A DNA stretch of 52,795 nucleotides, from the NCBI GenBank assembly GCA_031270685.1, contig JAISXA010000095.1, positions 1 through 52,795 on the forward strand, read 5' to 3'. The notes under the pieces are model-generated. The model was not told where the DNA came from, did no database searches, and worked only from the letters and a program-made list of their open reading frames with translations. Of the stretch, positions 8,793 to 18,000 are shown in pieces (position 1 is the first letter of the stretch; each line of letters begins with the position of its first letter). The stretch is from Planctomycetota bacterium. Its GTDB lineage: Bacteria; Planctomycetota; SZUA-567. Position numbers and translations under genes: made by a program.

Positions 8793-9536
8793 ATGACAAA
8801 CAACCAAGACAAGGCGGTGCTTTTCGACATGGACGGCGTGTTGGTTGACAGCATGAACGTCCATTGGCGGGCATGGGAACAAGTCTTCGCCAGGCGGGGC
8901 ATTCGAATTTCGAGCGAAGTCTTCGCCGAAACGTCCGGCTTGCGCGCGCGGCCGGTCATTCGGCTGCTTTCCGGCAGGGATTTCGACGACGCCGAGGTGG
9001 AAGCCATCATTCGCGAGGAAGAGGATTTGGCGCGGGCGTTGCTGTGCGACGATTTTCCCGCCATGCCCGGCGCCGACGAACTGATCCGGGGGCTGGACGA
9101 GGCGGGCTGGAAGATGGCCGTCGGCACCTCCGGGCCGATCGACACCATCCGCCTGGTGCTTGAACGCCTTAAAGAGGGACGCCGCATCGCGGCGACGGTG
9201 GTTGCGGCGGACGTCGCGCGCGGGAAACCGCATCCCGAGGTTTTTCTGAAGGCGGCGGATAAAATCGGCGTTTCACCTTCCGGTAGCGTGGTGATCGAGG
9301 ACAGCATCGCGGGACTGGAAGCCGCGCGGGCGGGCGGGTTCAAGGCGGTCGCCTTGACCTCCACCTTTCCGGCGGACAGCCTCCGGCCGCTCGCCGACCT
9401 GGTGGTCGATTCCCTTCTCGAATTGACCCCGGGGAGGCTGGATAAGCTTTTGGCGCTCCGCAAGGCTGGCCTTTGCGGACCGCGAGGACTGAGAGCCGGA
9501 AAAAAGCGCGAAGGGTCCGGTCGGTTTTGCGTATAG
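8793..9536 (+). CDS. HAD-superfamily hydrolase (beta-phosphoglucomutase-like subfamily IA)
   Basis: Motif I FDMDGVLVDS, a later GTSG, and EDSIAGLEAARAGG (motif IV region). Confidence 0.85.
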   Translation: MTNNQDKAVLFDMDGVLVDSMNVHWRAWEQVFARRGIRISSEVFAETSGLRARPVIRLLSGRDFDDAEVEAIIREEEDLARALLCDDFPAMPGADELIRGLDEAGWKMAVGTSGPIDTIRLVLERLKEGRRIAATVVAADVARGKPHPEVFLKAADKIGVSPSGSVVIEDSIAGLEAARAGGFKAVALTSTFPADSLRPLADLVVDSLLELTPGRLDKLLALRKAGLCGPRGLRAGKKREGSGRFCV

Positions 9537-9566
9537 ATATCAGGGGGCTTACAGCGTACTGTTGAG

Positions 9567-9932
9567 GTGGACTTTTGGTTGCGGCCGAGCAATGCCGTGT
9601 CGCGGGGAAGGAGGAATCCTGTCGCCGGTTTGGGTCGAGTTGACGAAAAATCAACCCATTGGCCTGTAAGCGGACTTTTGGAGGAAATCGGGCCAACCGC
9701 CGCCCGGTTTTCTCCAAAGATGTTACTGTTTACGGATCGACGGGTTGATTTTTCATCAGGTCGGGTGATACCGCCGACCAGGCAATAATTCTCGACGGAA
9801 AATGGAACCCCAGGAAACTTTGGAGAGAATCAAACGGCGGTTTGTTTGATTTTCTCCAAAAGTCAACTGTAAGCAGTAATATCTTAAAAGGAAGTCTGGC
9901 GGCGGTTGGCCCGATTTTCTTTAAAAGTCGAC
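9567..9932 (+). mobile_element. hpMITE-B outer copy carrying a nested insertion
   Basis: It starts with GTGGACTTTTGG and ends with TTTAAAAGTCGAC. Its central module is interrupted at 9672-9867. Confidence 0.8.
9672..9867 (-). mobile_element. hpMITE-B complete copy inserted inside another hpMITE-B
   Basis: Complete inverted element flanked by TGTAAGC on both sides (9665-9671 and 9868-9874). Removing the insert and one repeat restores the consensus ...CCATTGGCCTGTAAGCAGTAA.... Confidence 0.85.
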
Positions 9933-9950
9933 TCAAGGAAACCCCGTTTG

Positions 9951-12092
9951 ATGTTGATTCGTTTTTTATTGGCGGCGTTCATCTCCGCCATTACAACGCT
10001 CGGCGCGGCGGGCGAATTGTCTTTTGGCAATTTCGGCGGCAATTCATTCGGGCTTTCGCCGGCTGCCGGCATGCGCGAGAAAAAGCTTCTCGACGTGGCG
10101 CTTATTCCCGAGTCCGCGGTGGTTGGCGCGGGAAAACCCTTTACCGTCGTGGTGGCGTTGCGGCATTCGGGGGAGGGATACACCTACTGGAAAAATCCCG
10201 GCGGCCCCGGCCGCGGCAGCGACATTTCCTGGCGCCTCCCCGACGGCTTTTCGGTCAGCGAGCCGGAATGGCCGGCCCCCGAACTGTATTCCAGCTCCGG
10301 CATCACTTCGTATATTTACAAAGGCGTGGTGAACATCCCCTTCACCATCACCCCGCCCCGGTCGCTCGCTCCGGGCGACGCCATTGATATCCAGGCCGAC
10401 GTCGACACGCAGGTTTGCACCACCCGGACCTGCACTCCCGAAAAGATTCCGGCCTCGGCCAGGATGACCGCCGGCGAAAAAACCGGAACCGTCAATCCCA
10501 TCGTGGAAAAGGCCCGCCTCGCCCTTCCGGTCCGGCCGGAAGGGTGGTCGGTCGCGGTGGAACCCGGTGACGGGCTTCTCGCCTTGCGGCTCAAGCCCGC
10601 CACCGGCGTCGCCGCCGATCCGGGGAGCGTTTATTTCTTCGACGCCTCCTCGCCCGCGCCGCTGGTGGACAGCCAATCGCCCCAAACATTGCAAAAGGAC
10701 GGCACGGATTGGGTTCTTACCCTGCCGCTCAAGCGCGTGGGGTCGGAGATTCGGCGACTGTCCGGCATTCTCCGCGCGGAAAACGGATGGCTGGACGGGA
10801 AACGGATTCCCGATTCCTTCATGGTCAGCCATTCCTTCGTCGAAGACGAGGCATCGGCTTTGACCGCTCCGCGGGGCGGCCCTAAAACCACCCTTGACGC
10901 GCGGATGTTGCTGGCGTTCGCGTTCATCGGAGGTTTGTTGCTTAACGTCATGCCCTGCGTCTTTCCCGTCATCAGCCTCAAGGTGATGGGATTCGCGAAG
11001 CAGGCGCACAAGGACCGGCGCTCCATTTTCATGCACGGCCTCGCCTACGGAGCCGGCGTACTCATTTGCTTCTGGATTCTGGGCGGCGTGGTGATATCGC
11101 TGGGCCGGGGCTGGGGGGCGCAGCTTCAGTCGCCGCCGTTCGTCTTCCTGCTCTGCAATCTGTTCGTGGTCATGGCGTTGAACATGGCGGGGACTTTTGA
11201 AATCGGCGCCTCGGCGGCGAGCGCCGGCCACGCCATTCAGGATCGGGTGGGCATCAAGCGCTCCTTCCTCACCGGCCTCCTCGCTACCGTCACCTCGACC
11301 CCCTGTTCGGCGCCGTTCCTCGGTTCGGCGCTCGCCTACGCACTGTCCCTTCCCGCGCACTTGGCGCTAGGCGTTTTCACGCTTATGGGAATCGGCTTCG
11401 CCCTGCCCTACCTCGCGCTCGCGCTGTTTCCCAACTGGCTGAAAAAACTTCCCAAACCCGGTCCTTGGATGGACGCCTTCCGGCAAGCGATGAGTTTTCC
11501 GCTTTTCGCGGCCGGTTTCTACATGCTCTGGACGCTGGAGGCGATGATCGACGAGTGGCGGCTGCTTATGACCCTGTTCGGCCTGGTCGCGGTCGCGTTC
11601 GCGTGCTGGTTGTACGGGCATGGGCAAAAGATGCGCCATGCGCACGTCCATGGCAAAACCGCCGGACGGCGGCGCCTGTTGCCGGCGCTGGCCGCGGTTG
11701 GCATCGCGGCCGGCCTCTGGCTGGGTTGGCCCTCTCCGGGGCAGGGCGTCCAATGGCGGGAATGGTCGCCGGAACTGGTTCAATCCCTGCTCGGCGAAGG
11801 GAAAGCCGTATACGTCGATTTCACCGCCCGGTGGTGCGCCACCTGCCAGGTGAACAAACGGGTGTACAAGGATCCCGGAGTCGCCGGCCTTATCGACGAA
11901 AAGAAGGTCGTCCTGCTCAAGGCGGATTGGACGCGGTACGACGAACGCATCACCGAGGTCCTTCGCGACGAATTCAACAAGGCGGCGGTCCCGGTCACGG
12001 CCTTGTACGTCCCGGGCGAAAGCCGCCCCCGCCTTCTCCCCGAGCTTCTGACCGTCGGCAACGTTTCGGCCGAATTGGGCGCGCTGCCGTAA
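9951..12092 (+). CDS. thiol:disulfide interchange protein, DsbD/ScsB-like (N-terminal domain + DsbD membrane core + thioredoxin domain)
   Basis: Signal-like MLIRFLLAAFISAI, a multi-TM cytochrome-c-biogenesis (DsbD) core with conserved PC motifs, and a C-terminal thioredoxin WCATCQ. The track ORF start at 9906 lies in a repeat. Confidence 0.85.
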   Translation: MLIRFLLAAFISAITTLGAAGELSFGNFGGNSFGLSPAAGMREKKLLDVALIPESAVVGAGKPFTVVVALRHSGEGYTYWKNPGGPGRGSDISWRLPDGFSVSEPEWPAPELYSSSGITSYIYKGVVNIPFTITPPRSLAPGDAIDIQADVDTQVCTTRTCTPEKIPASARMTAGEKTGTVNPIVEKARLALPVRPEGWSVAVEPGDGLLALRLKPATGVAADPGSVYFFDASSPAPLVDSQSPQTLQKDGTDWVLTLPLKRVGSEIRRLSGILRAENGWLDGKRIPDSFMVSHSFVEDEASALTAPRGGPKTTLDARMLLAFAFIGGLLLNVMPCVFPVISLKVMGFAKQAHKDRRSIFMHGLAYGAGVLICFWILGGVVISLGRGWGAQLQSPPFVFLLCNLFVVMALNMAGTFEIGASAASAGHAIQDRVGIKRSFLTGLLATVTSTPCSAPFLGSALAYALSLPAHLALGVFTLMGIGFALPYLALALFPNWLKKLPKPGPWMDAFRQAMSFPLFAAGFYMLWTLEAMIDEWRLLMTLFGLVAVAFACWLYGHGQKMRHAHVHGKTAGRRRLLPALAAVGIAAGLWLGWPSPGQGVQWREWSPELVQSLLGEGKAVYVDFTARWCATCQVNKRVYKDPGVAGLIDEKKVVLLKADWTRYDERITEVLRDEFNKAAVPVTALYVPGESRPRLLPELLTVGNVSAELGALP

Positions 12093-12181
12093 ACGCCCGC
12101 TTCGCGCCACCGCAGAGTCGTCGCCGGAGGGCTTCCTCCCGCCGCCCGACGGACGCCGGCGCGTTCGCGACCGGCCGCGCG

Positions 12182-13306
12182 TCACTTCTCTTTGCGTTCG
12201 GTCCGCATCAGGCGCATGTAGTTGCGCAGTTTTTCCACGCCGTCGTCGTCCACCTCCACAAACTGCACGCCCATGCCGGACGCCGCCTGCGCTTCGGAAC
12301 GCCAGCGCACGACGCCGAAGGCGTGAATATTGCCGTAGTCGCCCCGCAGCTCGAAGTCCAACTCCACGATGGAGCCGACGGCCAGCGGATCGGGAACGCC
12401 GACGAAAACGCCGTTTTCGCCGATGTCGCGTATTTTCGAAAGAATCGCGGCCGTCTCCACCGGCGTCGCCGAGCGACGCTTGACCTGAACCGACATCTCC
12501 GCCGGAATGCGCCGGTATTGGCGTTGCGGGCGCGGCGTCGACCCGCCAAGCCGGTTTTCCTCGCGCCGCAGGGAGGCTTTGAAAAATTGCAGCGCCGCGG
12601 CGGGGGAGGCGCCGCGCCTTTCCGGCGCGGCACTCAAAAACGCACCAATCGCGGCGGAAAGGCGGTCTCCCGCCGCTTCGGGGGCCAGGGCCTCGCGCAG
12701 AATGGCGCCGAGGCTGAACAAATCGCTTCGCCAATCGCCGCACCCGCCGGCGAGGAGCTCTGGCGCGACGTAGCGGGAATCGTCGGCGAACAGCGGCCGG
12801 CCGGCCCCGGACGCGGGCTGGAAAAAATCGTCGACCCGGATCCATCCCGAGGGGAGGAGAAAGACGTTGCCGGGAAAAAGATTCCCGTGACAGCGGCCGG
12901 TGGCGTGCAACCCGGCGAGGCAGTCGAAAACGCCCGCGCCGACGCGCAGGGCGTCCAGCGTCGACAGGACGCGGGATTTGCCGCCGAGCGACTGGTCGGG
13001 ACACCACTCCATGACGATGCAGTTCTGTTCGGGAAAAACGTTGTACACCGGGAGCGACGAGGGATGGACGATTTCGGCGGCGCGGCGGCCCGCCTCGATG
13101 AAGGAATCCGCGAAGCCGGCGGCGGCCAGGTCGACCCGCAGGCGTTTCACGGCGACGGTCCGCGCCAGCATGGTCTGCACCCCCTCGAACCAATCCGAAC
13201 GCCGGCCGCGATGGCGCATGCGGATTATGTCGATGCCCCGCAACCGGGGCGGCTCGTCGGCGGGACGCTCTGTCATCGGGGCGCTTCGCTTTCCCTTTTC
13301 GTCCAT
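12182..13306 (-). CDS. Ser/Thr-kinase-like pseudokinase fused to a C-terminal PilZ domain
   Basis: Kinase subdomains are recognisable (VAVKRL, APE in YVAPELL, DLFSLGAIL). The catalytic loop reads HGNLFPGN instead of HRDLKPxN, and DFG reads DFF. The C-terminus has PilZ-like RQYRR and DIGENG motifs. The 784-aa track ORF is an out-of-frame extension over the two upstream genes. Confidence 0.7.
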   Translation of the reverse strand: MDEKGKRSAPMTERPADEPPRLRGIDIIRMRHRGRRSDWFEGVQTMLARTVAVKRLRVDLAAAGFADSFIEAGRRAAEIVHPSSLPVYNVFPEQNCIVMEWCPDQSLGGKSRVLSTLDALRVGAGVFDCLAGLHATGRCHGNLFPGNVFLLPSGWIRVDDFFQPASGAGRPLFADDSRYVAPELLAGGCGDWRSDLFSLGAILREALAPEAAGDRLSAAIGAFLSAAPERRGASPAAALQFFKASLRREENRLGGSTPRPQRQYRRIPAEMSVQVKRRSATPVETAAILSKIRDIGENGVFVGVPDPLAVGSIVELDFELRGDYGNIHAFGVVRWRSEAQAASGMGVQFVEVDDDGVEKLRNYMRLMRTERKEK

Positions 13307-13308
13307 GG

Positions 13309-13893
13309 TCACGCCCGGTCGGCGTGCTCCAGGGCCAGTTGGATCTCGATCGTGGACAAGCCGGTGGCGGCCGTTATTTCGGCCGCGGTTTTTCCCTCGT
13401 CGCGCAGCGCCACCACCCGCGCCTGCAGATTGGATCTGAACCGCCGCCCGTCGCCCGCTTCCGCCGCCTCCGCGTTTCCGGCCGGCCGCGGCGCCGGCGG
13501 CGCGATCCCGCCGTTTTCGGCGGCGGTCAGGGCTTCGAGCCGGGCGATGCGCCGCTCGGCGTCCCGCATCAGGGCTTCGAGCCGGGCGACAAGCTGCCCG
13601 GCGTCCTTCACCAGGCGGTTGAGCATGCGGATCTTGTTGTCGACCCCGGCGTTTATTTCCCTTCCCGTCTCGATAAGCTCCACCAAGGCTTGGTCGGAGG
13701 CGTCGCGGTAGCGGTCGGGTTCCCGGTCGCGCGCCCGGAATTCCTTGACGTCGAGCGGCGGCGGCTGGCGCGCCTTGCGCCGGCGCGCGATAAGCCCCAG
13801 CACGCCGATGCCCGCCAGCACCAGGGCGAGCCGCCAGTAGCCGCCGGCCGCCGCCGCTTCGGCGACGGGTTCCGCCGCGAGAATTACGCCCAT
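13309..13893 (-). CDS. membrane-anchored coiled-coil protein with C-terminal HTH-like motif (DUF2802-like architecture)
   Basis: N-terminal TM YWRLALVLAGIGVLGLIA, heptad-like RLEAL repeats, and C-terminal VVALRDEGKTAAEITAATGLSTIEIQLAL. The stop lies 2 nt before the next start. Confidence 0.6.
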   Translation of the reverse strand: MGVILAAEPVAEAAAAGGYWRLALVLAGIGVLGLIARRRKARQPPPLDVKEFRARDREPDRYRDASDQALVELIETGREINAGVDNKIRMLNRLVKDAGQLVARLEALMRDAERRIARLEALTAAENGGIAPPAPRPAGNAEAAEAGDGRRFRSNLQARVVALRDEGKTAAEITAATGLSTIEIQLALEHADRA

Positions 13894-13920
13894 TCCGCGA
13901 GTCCCATTGTTCTTCCCCGG

Positions 13921-15621
13921 TCAGAATTGCCCCGCCAGCGCGTCCCGGCAGTAAACTCCCCACATGGAATCGGCGGCGCGGTCGGCGCCGTGGGTGAAAA
14001 AGGTGTTCGCCGCCTTCTGGTCGTCCTGCGCGCGGAGGAACATCCCCATCATGAACATGGTCTCGCCGTCGTTCGGGTCCAGGCGCATCGCGGAGGTGAA
14101 TTGCAGCGCCGCCGCCTCGTAGTTGCCCTGCTGCCAATACAGCGCCCCCAGCCGGCGATGAAGATTGACGTCGTTGTCGCCGCCGGTGAGCTGCTTTTCG
14201 AGGCGGCGGCAGATGATTTCCCGGGTTTGCGGGCCGATATTGCGCAGGTTGGGCGGGACGATCGGCCCGCCGACGTCGGGGCCGACGAACTCGCGGAAAA
14301 AAGCCCGCCGTTCCGGCGTCATGACCGAGATCTCCCCCTTGGTCAGGCGGCAGAGCCAAGCGCGGTAGTCGACGGGGAATTCGTTGTTGAAGCTGGAGCC
14401 GGGGAAGCGTTTCTCGTATTCCCGCGCCAGCGCGCCGCCCTGCCGGTAGCGGTCCTCGTACATGCGCTGGCAGGCGAAGGCGGTGGCGATCGAATCCTCT
14501 GGGCCGACCAGCGGCCGCAGCGACAGGATGACGCATCCGATCTCCCAGGCGAACAGGCCGCGCCCGAGGCCGGGGACGATGATCGCCGGCGGTAGTTCGG
14601 AATAAGAACGGTCGAAGGAACGCGCCACCGGGAGAAAGGCGGCGAGCGCGGTCTTGGTCAGCCGCGGCCCCTGCGAGGAAAGAACGGTATCCGGCCTCGG
14701 TTCATGGCTCATCGCCGAGGCGAGGGCGATGCGCATGCGCATCTGCCGCGCTTCGAGCATGATCTGGCCGGAGACGGTGAAGTAGAGCGAATTGGTGTCG
14801 GGCGTCGAGGCGGCGGTCGGCTCGCGGAAACCGTCGGTCTGGCGCAGGAACTTGTCGTAGCGTTCCCGCCAGTCCCGGGCGTAGACTTCGTTCAGCATGT
14901 CGAACAGTTTCAGGGAGGCGGGGCCGTCCGCGCGTGCCCTGGCCTTGGCGATGACCTGTTCGCGCAACTGCCACAGATTGCGGCGGCGCAGCAGCAGCGG
15001 CCGCGAATCGTTCTTGAGGAGCGCCACCCCGAGATTCAGGATGACGTCGTCGAGGTCCCCCGACTGCATGGACCGGGACACCTCGGCGGGAATGCCGGGA
15101 AGGCTGGAGAAATAGGGCTGGAGCCGCGAAAGGATCCTGGTTCGGGTTTCGATGATCTGCGAGGCGTAATTGTCGTCGCCGGCGATGAAGGAATCGGCGA
15201 GCGAATCCTCGATCAGCAACTGGTTGCGCCGTTCGATGAACCATTCGCTCATATGGAAGCAGCCCGCGACGCCGGCGGCGCGCAGCTCGCCGGTCAGTTC
15301 CGCGGACACCGGGGCGGAATCGCCGCCCAGCATGCGCACATCGATGACGCCGAAATCGAGCAGCAGCCTTTCGTCGTCGGTGAATTCGAGAACCTGCCGG
15401 TTCTTGGCCAGGACGCGTTGCAGGGTGGAGAAAAAATCCCGCCAATACCTGCCCTGGATGGTTCGCAGGTGCTGCGCCATCTCCTTGTCGGCGCCGGCGT
15501 GTCCACCCTCGGCGCGCTTGCGCGCCGCGATGAAGGCGTTCACCGCCAGGGCCATGTCGTTCTCGGCCTTGATGATCGCCACGGTGTCGGAGCCGGGATT
15601 CCTTGCCGTTTCCACGCTCAT
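13921..15621 (-). CDS. large hypothetical protein with C-terminal TPR repeats
   Basis: 566 aa with balanced composition and a TPR-like LGALYWQQGNYEAAALQFTSAMRLDPND. The start overlaps the rsmD stop (ATGA). Confidence 0.7.
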   Translation of the reverse strand: MSVETARNPGSDTVAIIKAENDMALAVNAFIAARKRAEGGHAGADKEMAQHLRTIQGRYWRDFFSTLQRVLAKNRQVLEFTDDERLLLDFGVIDVRMLGGDSAPVSAELTGELRAAGVAGCFHMSEWFIERRNQLLIEDSLADSFIAGDDNYASQIIETRTRILSRLQPYFSSLPGIPAEVSRSMQSGDLDDVILNLGVALLKNDSRPLLLRRRNLWQLREQVIAKARARADGPASLKLFDMLNEVYARDWRERYDKFLRQTDGFREPTAASTPDTNSLYFTVSGQIMLEARQMRMRIALASAMSHEPRPDTVLSSQGPRLTKTALAAFLPVARSFDRSYSELPPAIIVPGLGRGLFAWEIGCVILSLRPLVGPEDSIATAFACQRMYEDRYRQGGALAREYEKRFPGSSFNNEFPVDYRAWLCRLTKGEISVMTPERRAFFREFVGPDVGGPIVPPNLRNIGPQTREIICRRLEKQLTGGDNDVNLHRRLGALYWQQGNYEAAALQFTSAMRLDPNDGETMFMMGMFLRAQDDQKAANTFFTHGADRAADSMWGVYCRDALAGQF

Positions 15622-16190
15622 TCGCCACCTCCGGGCTTCCGCTCATAAAGACACACCCTGCTGCGGCCGTAAACGCCGTCGCGGACGACCGCCATCCCGT
15701 TCCAGGCCGGCGGCGAGACGCGCCCGCCCTCGATCCTGAGCACGGCGATTCCGCCCTCGGCAAGCCTCGGCGCCAGCAGGCGCCCCAGAATGGCGCCGTC
15801 CCCGTTTTCATCCCACTCGGCCGGGTCGGGAAAGGGCGGATCGATGAAAACCGCGTCGAAAACCGCATCCAGCCTTTCGAGAACCGAAAGGACATCTCCG
15901 GCGACGATTCGCGCCGCCGTCGCGAAGCCGCAGCGGGCGATATTGTTCCGCAGCGCGGCGACCGCTTTCCGGTCGCGTTCGACAAACACCGCGCTCCGCG
16001 CTCCCCGCGACAGCGCCTCGAGACCGAGCGCGCCGCTGCCGGCATAGAGGTCGAGCACCCGCGCGCCTTCCAGCCTGCCGAGGAGGGAGTTGAACAACGC
16101 ACCGCGCGCCAGCGCCAAAAACGGCCTGGTCGCGCTTTCGGCGGCCACATCCAGCCGCGCGCCGCGTGCGCTTCCGGCGATGATGCGCAT
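15618..16190 (-). CDS. rsmD: 16S rRNA (guanine966-N2)-methyltransferase
   Basis: MRIIAGSARG..., SAM motif VLDLYAGSGALGLEALSRGA, and DPPF catalytic motif (VFIDPPF). The longer 459-aa track ORF is an upstream extension. Confidence 0.85.
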   Translation of the reverse strand: MRIIAGSARGARLDVAAESATRPFLALARGALFNSLLGRLEGARVLDLYAGSGALGLEALSRGARSAVFVERDRKAVAALRNNIARCGFATAARIVAGDVLSVLERLDAVFDAVFIDPPFPDPAEWDENGDGAILGRLLAPRLAEGGIAVLRIEGGRVSPPAWNGMAVVRDGVYGRSRVCLYERKPGGGE

Positions 16191-16207
16191 GGGCCGGGGA
16201 GGGGATT

Positions 16208-16921
16208 TCACCGCGCCGGCCCCGCCGCCGCTTGGCCAGCCGCCGCGACGGGATTGGCCTGGTCTATCCGGCCCCTTAGATGGTCCAGCCTGGATTTCAA
16301 TTGATTGGACAACGACTCGGCCATGCCGCCGCCCAGCTTGTCGTTCAGCATGACCATAGCCGCCGCCTGGTCCAATTCCCGAAAAAACCGCACCGCGTCC
16401 GCGTTGATGTCGTCGTAGCTGTCGTAAATCTCCGTCCTGCCCTCCCCCGAGGCGAGCATTTCCCCGAGGCGGACCGCGTTGTCCTCGAGCTCGGCGATCC
16501 GCCCCTCCTCCGCCTTGGCCTTGATGAGGCTGCCTTCCTCCTGGAGCCGCCGCACGCGATCCTTGGCCGCCACGATCGTCTTGAGGACGGTCTCGCGTTC
16601 CTCGCGGTAATCGTTCTCGGTTTTGACCGCCGCGTCCATCACCTTGTTGTGGCGGGCGAGCAAAACCTCGATGGCGGCGGCGACGACGTCCGACAGGCAA
16701 TTGTACTTCCGGAGCAGGAGGCTGGCCATGGGTGCGTCCCGGTCGTTGGCGAGATGGAGGTGGTCCATCGCGGCGCGGAAATCGCGGATATCCCCGCCTT
16801 CGAGGCCCCAGCGGTAATACCGTTCGCCCATGGTCAACGGTTCGAGAAAGGAGGTGAGCGAATCCCGCTTGCCCATCATCACCGACATGAAATAGGAAAA
16901 GAACTCGCGGAACATCCCCAT
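16208..16921 (-). CDS. hypothetical coiled-coil protein
   Basis: Balanced composition. GAGGAA RBS lies before ATG 16921, with an alternative ATG at 16987. First gene of the 16.9-12.2 kb operon. No family recognised. Confidence 0.55.
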   Translation of the reverse strand: MGMFREFFSYFMSVMMGKRDSLTSFLEPLTMGERYYRWGLEGGDIRDFRAAMDHLHLANDRDAPMASLLLRKYNCLSDVVAAAIEVLLARHNKVMDAAVKTENDYREERETVLKTIVAAKDRVRRLQEEGSLIKAKAEEGRIAELEDNAVRLGEMLASGEGRTEIYDSYDDINADAVRFFRELDQAAAMVMLNDKLGGGMAESLSNQLKSRLDHLRGRIDQANPVAAAGQAAAGPAR

Positions 16922-17016
16922 GAAACGCCGTTCCTCGACCCGGTAACCGGCGGCGGGGACGGCGGCGCCGCGCCGCCCCCGCCGCATGGCGATGCATTAT
17001 ACCGCTTTCGCTTCGT

Positions 17017-18000
17017 TTAGTCCACCGCGCGGGTCATGGGATCGAGCAGTCCGAGAATATCGGGATGGTCCATGTTTTCCCTGGTGACGATGGTGACGCC
17101 GGTGTCGACGTAGGCGGGGATGTCCTGTCCCGCCAGTTTCTTCAGTGCGCTGTCGACGCCGTAGTAGCCCATGCCGTAGGGATCCTGCAGCACCAGCGCC
17201 TTGAGCGCGCCGTCCCGCACCGCCTGGATTTCCTCGGGGTCGGAGTCGAAGGCGATGCCGATGAGCTTGTCCGACAGGTTGAGTTCGGCGATGGCGCGCG
17301 CGACGCCGTCGCCGGTGTGGTTATTGTCGGCGAAAAAGCCGAGCAGGTCGGGGTTGGCGGTGTACATGTCGATCGCGTTGTTGAGGGCGCGGACGATGTC
17401 GTTGTCGCAAAAGCGCGGGCCGAGCAGCTGGATGCCCGGCGCGTACTTCTTGACGCCGTTGACGAAACCGTCGTCGCGGTCGGTAAGCACCTGAACGCCG
17501 GCCATCGCGCTGATGATCCCGACCTTGCCGCTGGGCTGAACGCCCTTGGCCTTGAGAAGGTCGACGAAGGTCTTGGCCGCCAGCTCGCCGGCGGCGAGGT
17601 TGTTGGTCGCCAGGAGCGAATCGACGCGGTCGGTGTTCACCCGGTTGTCGATGGTGACGACCACGATGCCCTGCTCCTTCGCGTCCTCGAGCGCGGGCAC
17701 TGTGGCGTCGGAACTGGTCGAGGAGATGACGATCGCGTCCGGCTTGGTGGAAATCACGTCCTCGAGAATGGTGACCTGGCGGTCGATGTCGGCCTCGGAG
17801 CGGGGGCCGTAGGTGGTGATGGACACCTTGTCGGGGAATTCCTTCGCGTAGTTGCGGGCGCCGACGAGAACGTATTGCCAGAAATCGGAATCCGTCGCCT
17901 TGATGATGACCGCGACGTCGGCGGGGTCGGCCGCCGCGCGCGCTTCCGACGCGCACAGGCCGAAGGCCGCCAACAACAGCGCTGCGATGATTCTCTTCAT
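17017..18000 (-). CDS. periplasmic sugar-binding protein (RbsB/PBP1 family), orphan
   Basis: Signal peptide MKRIIAALLLAAFGLCASEARA and a PBP type-1 pattern (VAVIIKATDSDFWQ, VVVTIDN, GFFADNNHTGDG). No adjacent permease or ATPase. Confidence 0.85.
   Translation of the reverse strand: MKRIIAALLLAAFGLCASEARAAADPADVAVIIKATDSDFWQYVLVGARNYAKEFPDKVSITTYGPRSEADIDRQVTILEDVISTKPDAIVISSTSSDATVPALEDAKEQGIVVVTIDNRVNTDRVDSLLATNNLAAGELAAKTFVDLLKAKGVQPSGKVGIISAMAGVQVLTDRDDGFVNGVKKYAPGIQLLGPRFCDNDIVRALNNAIDMYTANPDLLGFFADNNHTGDGVARAIAELNLSDKLIGIAFDSDPEEIQAVRDGALKALVLQDPYGMGYYGVDSALKKLAGQDIPAYVDTGVTIVTRENMDHPDILGLLDPMTRAVD

Noticed and set aside
13526-13590. A 20-nt direct repeat (CAGGGCTTCGAGCCGGGCGA, two copies 42 nt apart) inside the 194-aa gene.
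   Set aside because: It encodes the duplicated heptad-like peptide ARLEAL within a coiled coil. This is an in-frame internal duplication of coding sequence, not a separate DNA element.
12182-14536. A single 784-aa ORF spanning the pseudokinase-PilZ gene and upstream sequence.
   Set aside because: Only the last 374 codons look like protein. The upstream 410 codons are an Arg/Gly/Pro-rich read-through overlapping two well-formed genes (13309-13893 and 13921-15621) in other frames.
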